From Antechinus flavipes (lineage: Eukaryota), in assembly GCF_016432865.1 (NCBI RefSeq), contig NC_067400.1:255254001-255318000 (forward strand): a stretch of 64,000 nucleotides of DNA, in the 5' to 3' direction. Shown here in pieces: positions 12,024 to 24,605 of the stretch; the stretch's first letter is position 1; each line of letters opens with the position of its first letter. A program made the position numbers and the translations under genes. The notes below the pieces were generated by a model, which was given only the letters and a program-made list of their open reading frames with translations, did no database searches and had not been told where the DNA came from.

Positions 12024-15000
12024 TTCAATAAATCAAAAGTTGGGGAATCTAGATTTTATTTAGCACCTTTCTGGGTTTTGGTTTTTTGTTTGTTTTTTTA
12101 AGGTTTTTTTTGTTTTGTTTTGTTTTTTTTAAGAAACAATGAAAAGATATGCTGCTTTACTTTCATGATTTTGTTAATAATTTTAATAGTATAACCTTTG
12201 ATGAGTGCCTTTTCTCATATTATTTGAAGCATTTTTGGACAAGTTTTGATTTAATCATACAGTAGATTACTGATTTGGCCTGCCCCTAAAGCATTACAGG
12301 TCAGGTACTAATGTGATGGGATTTTTTTTTTCAAAACTAGATTTAAACTTTGCTTATTATAATTCTATACATAATTCCAAATACATACAAAATGACTTAA
12401 TAATGTTTTTATTTCTTAGTATAGATTTGGTTATTTTTGTTTCCAATAGTATTCTGCTTTAAATTATAGCATCATCCATTTCAAGAAGCATTCATTTTGA
12501 ACTACCATTTTTTTAAGTTGTCATTTTATTCTAAATGTTTGCTTTTAGAAGAATGTATTGGGCACACTTTTAGCATTTCATTTTGTCACTCATTGATTAC
12601 ATTTCTAATAATTTCCTCAGAATCTCCTTTCTTTACAATTGTCCTTTACTTAATTTTTCTTCCAAATTAGAAATTACAATATAGCTAAATATTTCTTTTC
12701 TGAGATTATAATGGAAAATGCAAAAAATGGATTGTTTCATCCATTAGTTGATAAAAACCATACAGCATTTATTTCGTTCTTAGCTTTAAAAATGATAATC
12801 CTCTTCTTGTCTCCACCTGTTCCTTTATCATTTTTCCCCATGAAATAGTGTTTGGAAGAAAATTATATAAAGTATTAATCTTTATAGAGATTGAAAGAAA
12901 GCTTTTTCTTTTGTCATCGTCTATGTAGATCAATGTATAATCTGTTATATTGTGGAAACATGGCTTGGCAAAACATTAACATTTAAGTATTTTATTTCCC
13001 TGCTGTTTAGATATTGTAATATTTAAAACTAGGGATTAGTAACAGATCATTTTCAGGCTGAATTCGGCTTCCTTAATGAGCCCAGGTGGTTTATGATTAG
13101 AGCAAGTCCATGACTTACAGTAGTTTATTGATATCCTGATTCAATCTTAGGGTTTTGTTATATGCCTGGCCTCGCTCTTAATATCTAAGATATATGGTCC
13201 CTTGTTATAGCATTCCAATGAGTAGGGACAGTACATAAAGGAATAGTGAAGGCATAGACTTAGTTTTGTTCATGTTCCTCAAGTATATAACTAGCAGAAA
13301 ACAGAGTGATGTTATTCCTATCAACAGAGCTGACCTAAACCTAGAAATCATTGTGGTGGTCACCTTCTGTGACTCAAAGATTACTGCTTCCTCTTTATCT
13401 TTTACATTTTTACTGAAAATAAGGAATTTGGGGATTGGGTCTTATTGTACAGAAAATTGCATATTTATACATATTAAATTATTTGAGAATATGAGCTTCT
13501 GAAAGAAAATTAATGTTGACAGTTAAGTTTAGATTATATGATACTCTAATCATTAGTTGGATATCTATTTAATGGCTAGTACAGCATTTTAAAAAGTAAC
13601 AAGTAATAATTGTTAGCATTTAGGTCACTTGTGTTTTCAACACTTTTTTATTTAAAATTAATAAATGTTAAGTTAAATCACACTCCATAATTAAGACAAA
13701 GACATGTAGTTTTGTAAAGAACTATGTAACATCTCCAAAAAAAATCCAATTTCTGGGAGTTTCAGTCCCCTTTTGGCTCTTTTCCCCACTTTGGTCCTTT
13801 CATTTATTTGTACTAAATACTTGATGAATTTTGCCAGTTACAGAAAAGTTAAAGAATGTATTGCTGTGTTATGTAGAAATTATTCTTCATACTTCATATT
13901 ATTCATACTATAGGCCACACATGAAAAACATTAGAGGAGGGGAATTTATATTTATCTGATGCCATACATATATGTCAGACCAATATAGCATTTGATTTTA
14001 ATTCATCTCATGTAGGTAGTTTATCTTTTACCATTGAATATTGTTTAGTTTTGAATAATTGCATATATACAAGTTGATTTGAAAATGCTGCAGAATTAAT
14101 ATTGTCATGAGTCATCTATCTTGGAACTATTTTTGGAACAGAGTTGGATTATAATCTTGAAGATTCAGATCACTGATGACACTGCAAGGACATTGCTTCA
14201 GTGCAAGACTACAAATTTGATCATTCCTCTAAGTTTTCCTCTTAAAGCTGAATTGTGCAACAGTAAAAAGTTCTAATGCTTCTAGATTTTAATCAAAATC
14301 AGAATCTCTAGCTTTTGTTCTAGTTTCTAATTCTAATTTCTCAGTGTCTTTGTTTTTCCTTCTACATCTAGCCATCATCCTGGCTTCCAGTTTAGTAAAA
14401 GACATACTACTAAAATAATACTTAGTCATGGGGTTTTGTTTGTTTGTTTCTTGAGATTTGAAGAAGGGAATTTTTTTTGGTGAAAGTCATTAAAGTAATT
14501 CTAGTTACATTTAAGTTTTGAATTGTATGGATTCTTATGTTCGGTAGAATTTTCTGTGGATTTTGTTAAAAGGCATCCAAAACTAGGAAAATTACATTAT
14601 GAGAAACCCAAAAATTTGAAATATATATTTACATTAATTTCATTAAAGAATTAGTATTAGAAGTGAAGGATGAATTTTATAATTCTTTACAAAATATGGT
14701 TTGTCTTCAATCCTGTTTCTTGTGAGTTTAAGCATACTTAGTCTTTGTTCTTTTTTTTAGTTGTTGAATATACATTAAAATTTTTCAGGGAGTAGGGTGT
14801 TCTTTGTTAAAATGTAACACAAAATTATTGTAATTTCATCTATAAAAACTACTTAACAATAGTAAGTGAAGATTTGGGGACATTGTTGCCCCGTCATTAG
14901 GGGCAAGAATAAAATGACTACATCATTTTCACCTTTCAGTGAACATTTGCTTTTTTTTTTTTTCTTGCAATAATCTCATGCAGATGTACAAAAACTTGTT

Positions 15001-16052
15001 AAACTGAGATGTTCTTTTTACCTGCTCTTTTTTGTCTTTGGTTTTATTTTGTTTTTTAATTATCCATTTCCAGTCCATTCCATTCAAGAAACTGCTTTAA
15101 CATTTGGGGCCAATGTTTTTTAAAAAAGAAAAACAAAAAAACCCCATAACTCTTAAGTACTTTCCATTTGTACTCACTGTCAAGAAATCATAAATTGTGG
15201 CTATGTACATGTAATGGTTAGTTTTTTCTGGAAGCTTCATGATACTTAGGATTAAGAAATAAGCATTTCTATTTTGTTGTATTATACTGTATTAATATGC
15301 TTTTTTATAAAAGCTTTTGTGCTAAAGGAGAACCAGTAATATATTTAACTATAATGTTTTAATAAACTAGAAGCAGAGTTCATTGATTTCTTATACTGAT
15401 AATTTATGTGAAAACTCACTGTCTTATAATAAAATAAAGGAAAATAATTCTTTGGTGGCAAGAGGTGGAACTTCCTGACTATGCTTTAAGACATTAGTGC
15501 CTCATAACAGGAAATCCTGGTTGCTAACAGAGAGGTTAGTGAAACTATTGTAGTAATATTATCCTATTTGTTGATAGTTGCTTAAAAGTTCAATAAACCA
15601 CTGAGTTATTTAGTGTCTATAAATTTTAGGGCAGTACTAAGATTATCTTAAATTATTCATTTGCCTTTTAGATTAATTTAAGAAACAGATGATATATATT
15701 ATTTTTTGCACTGCCCAATGATAATTGTGTAGTTGACTTCTTTGTATTTTTGAGAATCAGACCTTTCTGCTGAGAAATTAATGATGCACTTTTAAAAAAA
15801 TTTGAGATATTCCAAAAAATTTGGTAGGCAAATTTTATTGGAAAACATATTCAAAGAGACTTTTGGAATTGTGAACAGAATTTATTTGTGAACTACAGAA
15901 ACACAAATTAATTTCTTGCATTTTTTTTAAATTACATTTTTTTATTCTGACCATAGTTAGGATACTTTTTCAGAATTCTTGGATTAGTATGGAACCCCCG
16001 AATACTTAAGCAGCTAGAATTTGATGTTACGTAGTGTGTTGTATTTTTGCAG

Positions 16053-16176
16053 GTGCCACTGATTAACGAACTTNNNNNNNNNNNNNNNNNNNNNNNNNNN
16101 NNNNNNNNNNNNNNNNNNNNNNNNNNNNNNNNNNNNNNNNNNNNNNNNNNNNNNNNNNNNNNNNNNNNNNNNNNNN
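16053..16176 (+). CDS. PAXBP1: PAXBP1 exon 8 (mostly masked; end predicted)
   Basis: gtatttttgcag|GTG CCA CTG ATT AAC GAA CTT = VPLINEL, then N from 16074. The end assumes the human 124-nt length. Confidence 0.8.
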
Positions 16177-16245
16177 NNNNNNNNNNNNNNNNNNNNNNNN
16201 NNNNNNNNNNNNNNNNNNNNNNNNNNNNNNNNNNNNNNNNNNNNN
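16074..16245. other. N-run (172 nt)
   Basis: Directly visible. Confidence 0.99.
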
Positions 16246-19200
16246 AGTAGATGTCTCAGAGTACTTTTTAAAAACAAGTTTCTTTGTTCTTGTGACAGGA
16301 AGATCTAAAAATAACATAGATTCAAAGTGTATTTTTTAAATTCCTCATCACACAAGAACTCTGAGATTTTCACTATTACCTTTTTTCTTGTAATTATTTC
16401 TGTCTTCTCTAGTCATGTTTCCTCTTCTTTAGAGTTCAGTCACTACCTCATATTCATGTTTTAACTTGAAACCATCTTATCTTTTTTTCCTACTTTTTTC
16501 AATTCAACACATAGTTAAGGCTAAATATTATGTTAACTTGATCACCCAAAGCTTGAAGACTAACTGATTGATAGGGGGAAAAAAATTTTTAACCAAAATT
16601 TTATTTTGTAAAAATTGTTACTATATGAATCAAATGTCAAAACTATAGCTTTCTGGAGTTTACAGTCTTCATTTAAATATATCTTGGATAAAGTATTTTT
16701 CTATATTTTTTAAATGTCCCTTTCCATACTATGCTGTTTAGCATACTAAATGTTTTGCAATATTTAAAATTGTAGGCTAAAATGTGAATGAATTTTAGTC
16801 TTTCTGAAATATTTATTCACTTTGTAAAAGTGATTTGAAAATGTAATAGTTATTTGCATATTCATTTTTTTTAACCTGATAAGTGTCTTGTCCATATAGT
16901 ATGCCAACAATACTTTTACTTTGGCTAAAGAGTAGTTTAAAGAAAAAATAATACTGCAAATTTGAAGGGAAACATGATTCTTAATCTCTGTTTAGGTAGA
17001 CTGAGTTGAGACTCATATATTTCTTCCTGGAGACACTCACACTCATACATATACATATATACATTTACATATATACATACATATATATAGTTAGCTCAAT
17101 CCATAAAAATACGGCTTTCTTAATTTTAAATCTTTGAGACTCTTTTTTTTTTTTTGCCCATGCATTCTAATATGTTTTTAGACAATCAGAATTTTTACTG
17201 GTATGAAAATTAATTTCTTTTGCAGTTTTTTTTCTTTGGGGGGGGGGCGTCTGTCTTTGCTGATATCACTTAACATTCATGGTGACCTCTTTCTAAAAGA
17301 AGTGTTTGATTAGCAAAATAGGCATATCCTGTGAATTTGGGAGAGGCAAAGAAAAGAAGTGGTACCAGTAGTGGCTTCCAGAATAAACTAGCTTGAGCTG
17401 AGAGCCACAAATGGCTTTTGATTTTCTATTTTGCCTTGTTGTTCTGATGTTTTGAAGATTTTGCCTTCTGCATCCTACCCTAACCATTTTGCTCAGGACC
17501 GAGCTAGATTTCTCTAACCTGAGCCTTTTGTCATTCAGTAATTAGTAACTTGTTGGGGAAAATCTCCTTCTTAAATAAAATGATTAACATGAATTACACA
17601 TTTTAGATTCTCTAAGCAATTTCCATTGCTGCTTATAAAATGCTCATCAAAATGTATTCACACTATTTAAAGTGTTGCCTGTAATATCTATGGGATGGTA
17701 TATAATTAAATTGAGAATTTTAAAAAAATAAAAAATGAGTCAAGGAGCGAACATTATCAGAAGATTTGAGGAAAAATAATGTGGGAAATGGTGAAAATCT
17801 CTAATGCTTCCCAAAGCAGTGTTAACATCCATTAAAAAGATTCTGAAAACTTATCACAAAGATTGCCTGCATAAATTAATTTATACTTTTGATAATCCTT
17901 GCTACCTCAAAACAGAGGGATTAGAATAGAGATAAAAGGATCGCTTGACTCAGATGTTTTCCCAGATATTTTCCCTCAAACTTTATTATTTTTGTAAAGC
18001 CTATAAATGATGATAGTTAAAATATTATAGTACTATCCATACTTTAAATCATTTGTTTATTGAAGTTTGTTTTTAAGAAGTATGATGGTTTGGGTACCAA
18101 GGAGTTCCTTAGTTGAAATAATAGATTGGGGAAATGTACAGAGCTTATGGCCACTTTTGGGAGCACTCATGATTAAATAATTCCTCGTTATTTATCCAAG
18201 TAGATAGGAATAGGGACTGGATCAATTTTTGCATCAATATAAGAAACTGCCTGTACCAGTATAGATTGGCACCTTCTCTTCAACTTGTAATATTAGATTT
18301 CCTAAAGCATGGGGACATTAAGCAGCTTGCCCCAGGAGTTTGTCAAAAGCAAACTCTGACAGATATTTTTTTAAAATCCTACAGACCTATCTTAAGACTT
18401 AATTTTTTCTTTTCTTTTTTTTTCTTTTTTTTTTTTAAACTTCTATCTTCTTCAGTAGTAATAGGACATTTTGAAAATAAGCCATTTTGTTTTGTTTTGT
18501 TTTGTTTTGTTTTTCCTGCTGTTGATTGTCTTGTTTTGGACAAGCCCAGAAAACAACAGGTGTGAGGGGGGAATCTTCACAAGCTTTAGTTGGTACCTTT
18601 TCATGTGTTACTTCTTCCCCTCAAATATCTCCTCATTTATCTCCTTTCTAGTCCTATATTATTTCCTTTCAAAGATTCATAGTTTAGGAATTTGGAAATA
18701 GGGATGAGAAAAGTATAAAAGGAAGAATATTTTGGAATGGTGAAGTTGGACTTATTGAGATCTCTCCTTCATGGTTCCAAAAGATAGTTGTGATTAAGAA
18801 ATCTAATCTTGTTAATATAGGCCAAAGTTTAAATAGAATTTAGGTCACAAAGCTGTTTTCTTTCTGTGTCCTTGCCTGTCTTTCTTTGCTGTTTTTCATG
18901 TTATGAAGCACACCACATTTGAAATCTTCATGCTTAAGGAAAATGTTTCCTTTGTTTAGTCAGGCAATTTAGATTTTTTAATTTTTGTGTGTTCATAATA
19001 GTATGCACCATTTTCAGGACTTAAGAGCTGAAAAAAGATGAAAAGTGTTATATATACCTAGAATTGTTGCCTCTTCTAAAAGCGAATTCAGTTTTTCTGC
19101 TGCTTCCTCTACCCCTTTCCCCAGGAACACAGAAATATTCAGGTTTGTTAACTGGAACCAATCACATTGTATTGAGATTAGCAAGCAGTCTATCATACTA

Positions 19201-19274
19201 GTTTGTTCTATGCAAACTCTTTCCCCAGTATTGTTGATAGGAGGCTTTTAATTTGAGTCATCGATGTCTTACAG

Positions 19275-19374
19275 ATAAAGCTCTGATGGCACCAAATCTT
19301 GATTCTTTTGGACGAGACCGAGCCCTGTATCAAGAGCATGCAAAGCGTCGGATTGCAGAGCGAGAAGCCAGAAG
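19275..19374 (+). CDS. PAXBP1: PAXBP1 exon 9 (100 nt)
   Basis: gtcttacag|AT AAA; encodes NKALMAPNLDSFGRDRALYQEHAKRRIAEREAR; donor AAG|gtaatg. Confidence 0.96.
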
Positions 19375-19466
19375 GTAATGCTTTCCCATCTTTGTGGTCA
19401 TTGTATGTGGTGAGAGACATATTTTTTAAAATCTGTTTGGGAGAACTTGATACTGTTTATGTTTAG

Positions 19467-19582
19467 GACCCGTCGCAGACAAGCCAGGGAGCAAACCGGC
19501 AAAATGGCAGATCACCTTGAAGGTCTTTCCAGTGATGATGAAGAAACATCGACAGATATTACTAATTTCAGTCTGGAAAGAG
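19467..19582 (+). CDS. PAXBP1: PAXBP1 exon 10 (116 nt)
   Basis: gtttag|G ACC; encodes TRRRQAREQTGKMADHLEGLSSDDEETSTDITNFSLER; donor GAG|gttaga; the preceding intron is 92 nt. Confidence 0.95.
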
Positions 19583-19614
19583 GTTAGATGTTTGTATATT
19601 TAAATATGGAATTT

Positions 19615-19850
19615 GGGCATAGTGGAGAGAGATTTGACCTGAAAGCCCAGGAAAACCTTGGTTCATATCCAGCTTCTGCCTCATCTGACTGGGTGATCTT
19701 ATGCAAGTGACTTTACCCCATCAGACTCTAGGTAACTCTGTAAGACTGAAAGTTTCACAGAAAGTATTCATCTGCACTGGTACAGGGAATTTCCTCAGCT
19801 TGGAGTATGGAGCCAATGAAATTACAGTTCCATTCCCTAGCCCTTTGTCT
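19615..19850 (+). mobile_element. Marsupial CORE-type SINE
   Basis: ggcatagtggagagag..ttggttcatatccagcttctgcc..gggtgatcttatgcaagtgacttta: tRNA-derived head and core-like segment. Confidence 0.55.
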
Positions 19851-20297
19851 GTATTTTAGGCTTATTTACAGTTATGGAATAATAAGTAGAAACATAGAAG
19901 CTGACTTATTTATTTTTAAAACGGTGACTTGGTGATTTTTGTTGTTGTTGAGTATTGTAGAAAGATTTTGAGTAAATTGCCCCTATCAAACTAACATAAA
20001 AGAATACAGTATTGCCACTGCCTGTAATAAAATCTTGTGATATGTACCTCTGATTTTGACATCTGAAGGAAAGAATTATGTACCCCAGTCTTTTTCATTT
20101 GTAGGTTGCTCTGACCAGAACTTGATTACAAGTTCTCTTTTCATGTTCCATATGAATAAAAATGTAATCTTTTTTTCTTCACAAAAAAACTAATGGTATT
20201 AGTTGGCTGGTGCAATTCCTGAAAAATACATAATCACTTTTATCATGCATATAATTCAGCCACTAGGTAACTCCTTTGGAGACATAGCTGTAGATCT

Positions 20298-21200
20298 GTG
20301 AATCCTCTGATCCTTTACCTGTCCAACTGTCTTATCAGCTCTCATGGAATCAACTATCAACTTTGTGCAAATAACTCTCATCTACATATCCATTCTGATA
20401 TTTCTCCTGATCTCCAGTTTTGCATTTCCAGATGGTTGCTGAACATTTTCACTTGTCTCTGTAGACATCTCAAACTCAACAAGTCCAACCCTGCAACTTA
20501 TTTCCCCCCTAAACTCACTTTTCTCAATCTTTCTATTCCTATTGAGAATACCATAACTTTTATAGATTCCCAGTTTTGCAGCTTACAAGTTACCTCAATT
20601 TTTCTTTTCCTCATCCTCCTATTCAGTCATCTTCTGCATCCTACTAATTCTGTCTCCAAAATATCTCTAATATCTATTCCTTTCCCTTCACTCACAACCA
20701 TCATTCTGGGAATTCCTGTCCTCATTACCTTTCACTAGGGCATTTGTTATAAAAGCCTACCAGCTGGTCTCTAGTTGCTCCTCTCAGTGGATCACTCTCA
20801 GGTATAAGAAAAACTTATCAACATTTGGAACCCTTCACATTGTCTCCAGTCTGTCTTTCCAGGTTTAGATGATATAGTATTCTCCCTAACACTATGATTT
20901 AATCATACCACTATATTTGTTGCCTATCTCTTTTCCTTTATACAGATGTCTTTCATGCCTCGGGATAATCTTTTATCTCTTGGGTACCTTAGCTTCTTGA
21001 AGGCTCACTTCAACTGTTATTTTCTGCAAGAGGTCTTTCCTGATTTCCCCCAATGTTACTGCTTCAGTCTTACCTCAGAATTACATTGTATTTATTTTGT
21101 ACCTACTTAACTGGGTATTTGTTTGTTTCTTGAGTTGTAAGGACTGTATCTTTGTCTTTGTATTCTTAGTGCCTAGCATAAGGCCTAGTAACTTATTGAA
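20298..21200 (+). mobile_element. L2 LINE 3' portion (RT relic and 3' end)
   Basis: Translation LISSHGINYQLCANNSH...LQFCISRWLLNIFT...HLKLNKS resembles L2 RT (decayed YADD); ends ...cttagtgcctagcata. Confidence 0.8.
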
Positions 21201-22603
21201 ATTAGAAATTGGCAAAAACAAAACATTGAAATGTTTTAATTGCTAAAAGTGTGTTAAATTAGGTATTCTTGAAATATGGTAATAGCTGTTGAAAAGAAAT
21301 GTTTTCTAGTAAAATAGTTGAGAGGAAATTTGAATTGCTCACTGAGGAAAAAAAACCCTAATTCATTTAAATTTAAATGTATAACCAATGCTATTTACTT
21401 GCAATTAAATGCTAATATGCCAATTCAATTTTAATCCTATCTTACATAGACTTTAGACTGAGTTTTATCATATTTCATTGCTTTTAGGTGACAGTATACA
21501 CTTCCATATGTACTTTAAAAAACTAACTTTCCAAACAAAGCTGATAAAGATAAAAGGAATCTTAAATGAATTTTAAAACTTGAATTAATTTCTTAATTAT
21601 TGACATTATATTGTGTTGCTTTGGAGATTTACCTCCTCATTATAATGCCTTCATTTCTGTAAAGCTTTCAAGTTTGTAAGACATTTTCATGGAATCTTCA
21701 CAACAGTCCTCTAGTCCTCTGATGTTGATAATATACATTACTATCTTCATTTTATTGTTTAGGAAAAGATGTTTTAGAACATTAAATGACTTTCCCAGGA
21801 CCACACAGATGTGCACAGAGAGACTATGAAAACTTGTTCTTTGCTTTGTCCCTTTTTAGTTTAGTTTTTATGGGGTATGAGGTTTAAAGTAGAAAAGTAT
21901 AAAGCATCTAATGAAATGCATTTTCCAATTGTTACAACATTGCATATTAGAATCTAAATTTCTGTTCTTGTTTTGTTTTAAATTGAATTTAGTAAAACTT
22001 GCTACTAAGTAAGGTAATTCCCTCTGGATACACCACCAGCAGGGCCCTCCTTTTAGCCCTTGCCTGGCCCAGCTGCCAAAAGCCTAAACCTTGTAATCCC
22101 CTACTACAACTACCTGAAGTTTATATCTGGGAGATGCCAGCAAAGGGGGACTTGCACACTGATATTCTTAGGATTTATGCATTCAGTTAGCATTTACTAA
22201 GCACCTTCTTAGTGACTGATTTAGCATATAAACTTATTCCTACTGGCTTACAAATTCCTTCTTTCTATTCTATTCCAATCCAATGTCAGCATAGGCACCC
22301 TTCCCCATTCCACTTTTTCTGCTCTTTCATCCTTAATCCTAACTTTCCACAAGCCATCATACAATATTTTTTTTTCTTTAAATTCATTCAAAGAATAATT
22401 TTAGATTCAGTATCCATTAATTTTCTTCTCATTTCAGTCTTTCAGAAACATTTTCCTTTAAGGCTTAACTAAAGTGGCATATTTTATGTAGATCCATTTT
22501 TCATTTGCCCAAAGAGAAGTGTTCTCTCCTAATTGTAGTAGAGCACTTTTTTCTGACTCTTGTGTCTTCTGTACTTAGTCTACTGCTTTGCACATTTTAA
22601 TTC

Positions 22604-22868
22604 ATTCGTGTCTTGACTTTCTGTGACCCCATTTGTTTTTTGTTTTCTTTTGATAAAAATACTGGAGTAGTTTACCATTTCCTTTTCCATTTCATTTTAC
22701 ACATAAATAATTGAGGTAAAAAAAAAAATGAGTGACTTGTCCAGGGTCACATAGCTAGTAAGTATTTGAGACTCAGATTTGAACTCAGGAAAATGAGTTG
22801 TTTTGTGGTTTTGTTGTTTTTTTGACTCCAGGCCCAGTGCTCCATCCATTGTGCCACCTAGTTGCCTG
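22604..22868 (-). mobile_element. Mar1-type SINE
   Basis: gaccccatttg..tttgataaaaatactggagtagtttaccatttccttttcc...gtgacttgtccagggtcacatagctag...ccattgtgccacctagttgcc. Confidence 0.8.
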
Positions 22869-23320
22869 GTTTGTACATAATAGGCTCTTTTTGAATGTTA
22901 CTTTAAGTATTAAGAATAAAAATTTGTTATAATGCTTAAAATAATGGCAAAGATAAACTGTTAGAATTTATGTGGTACTTAAAAGCTTATAAAAGCTTAT
23001 AAATCACTTTATATAAAAGTATTTCATGATGTAGCCAATGGCGCTCTGAAGCATGTACTCCAGCTATTGTCCCTGTTGTATAAACGATTAAATGAATTTA
23101 CGTTTGGGTATAGTGATAATAACTATGAAAGTAGAGATTTTTAACTCAGGTTTTTAATGATGCTAAGTCCAAGGGTCTTTTCTACGATAACACAGATATG
23201 TATTGTTTTATTAATGGTTGTAAAAACCTAATTTTTTTATTTCCTTCGGGACAAAATGCAGGATACTTTTATCTTACACTTAAATACTTAGTAATGACCT
23301 TAGTGGTGTTTCTTTCCTAG

Positions 23321-23520
23321 ATCGTATCTCAAAAGAATCCAGTAAGATTTTTGAAGATGTCCTTGAGAGCTTCTATTCGATTGATTGTATTAAATCACAG
23401 TTTGAAGCATGGCGTTCTAAATATTTTACTTCTTATAAAGATGCTTATATTGGTCTGTGTTTGCCAAAGTTATTCAATCCTTTAATAAGGTTGCAACTTC
23501 TTACTTGGACTCCTCTGGAG
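23321..23520 (+). CDS. PAXBP1: PAXBP1 exon 11 (200 nt)
   Basis: tctttcctag|AT CGT; encodes DRISKESSKIFEDVLESFYSIDCIKSQFEAWRSKYFTSYKDAYIGLCLPKLFNPLIRLQLLTWTPLE; donor GAG|gtgagt. Confidence 0.97.
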
Positions 23521-24460
23521 GTGAGTAGATGTAAAAACAGTTATTTTATCTTTGATTAAATTTTATCATAGAATAAGAGCTCAATATTTTACCCAATATA
23601 CAATTTAGTTCTGTCCTGGAATAATATGCAATGCTATTCTTGGCAGAGGGTATTATGTTAGTTACTAAGGATTATATCCATTATAACCTTTGGCCCTACA
23701 TGATAAACTACCTTTTGCTTTATAGTTTTTCAGCAGTTCTCCTATTTTTAGCCAGGTTATGAGTAGCTGTATCATTGTCTTCCTTCACTTCTGTTCCAAT
23801 ATACTGAAAATTAGAAACCAATCTTATCTCGCCACCCTGATGGTAAAAATACTTAGAAATAACTTAAATTAAAAATATTGTAATCCTATTCCTTTGTTCT
23901 TCATGAATACTTATTAAAAACTTAATATTTTGAGGTAACAGTAAAAGGTAGATTAAATAACTGTCATTTGGGAATAAATGCCCTTTGTATTCTTAGTCAT
24001 AAAAATTTTGGAAGATATGCTATGACATTTAATTGCTCGTAATAAAATAAAATGCCTTATATTTCTGTAATTTTTTCTACTCTTGAGACTATTTGCACAT
24101 ATGCTATTTCATTTGATTCTTGGCAAACAAATACTTTTGAGGGAGGTAGAATTAATATTCTTTTCTCTTGTAAGGGAGGAAAATTAAGACACAGACTAAA
24201 ATGACATTTCCAAGACTTAACATTTATTTTAAGTAGGAGAATTAGAATCTTGACGTGTTTCTTTTCATTTTTAAAAATAATTGTCCATTGCTGAATTTCT
24301 GGAATACATGCAAGTAGAGTAAAAGTTGCTTAGTTCCTATTATAAGTTGTTGTCTTGGTAAAGTGTTTTAATATACTGATATCCTTGTTATATTACTTCT
24401 ACATATGATAAAAATAATTTGAATATTTTATTCTAATGACATTCTTACTTGTTTTGCAAG

Positions 24461-24605
24461 GCAAAATGTCGTGACTTTGAAAGTATGCTGTGGTTTGAAT
24501 CCTTGCTGTTTTATGGCTGTGAAGAACAGGAGCAAGAAAAGGAAGATGTAGATGTTGCATTACTACCTACAATTGTGGAAAAAGTGATTCTTCCTAAACT
24601 AACAG
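24461..24605 (+). CDS. PAXBP1: PAXBP1 exon 12 (145 nt)
   Basis: gttttgcaag|GCA AAA; encodes AKCRDFESMLWFESLLFYGCEEQEQEKEDVDVALLPTIVEKVILPKLT; donor CAG|gtatga. Confidence 0.95.

Noticed and set aside
14174-14252. Possible C/D snoRNA (tgatga ... ctga) in intron 7
   Set aside because: Box C lacks the leading purine, there is no convincing terminal stem or D'/C' pair, and these short motifs are common in AT-rich DNA.
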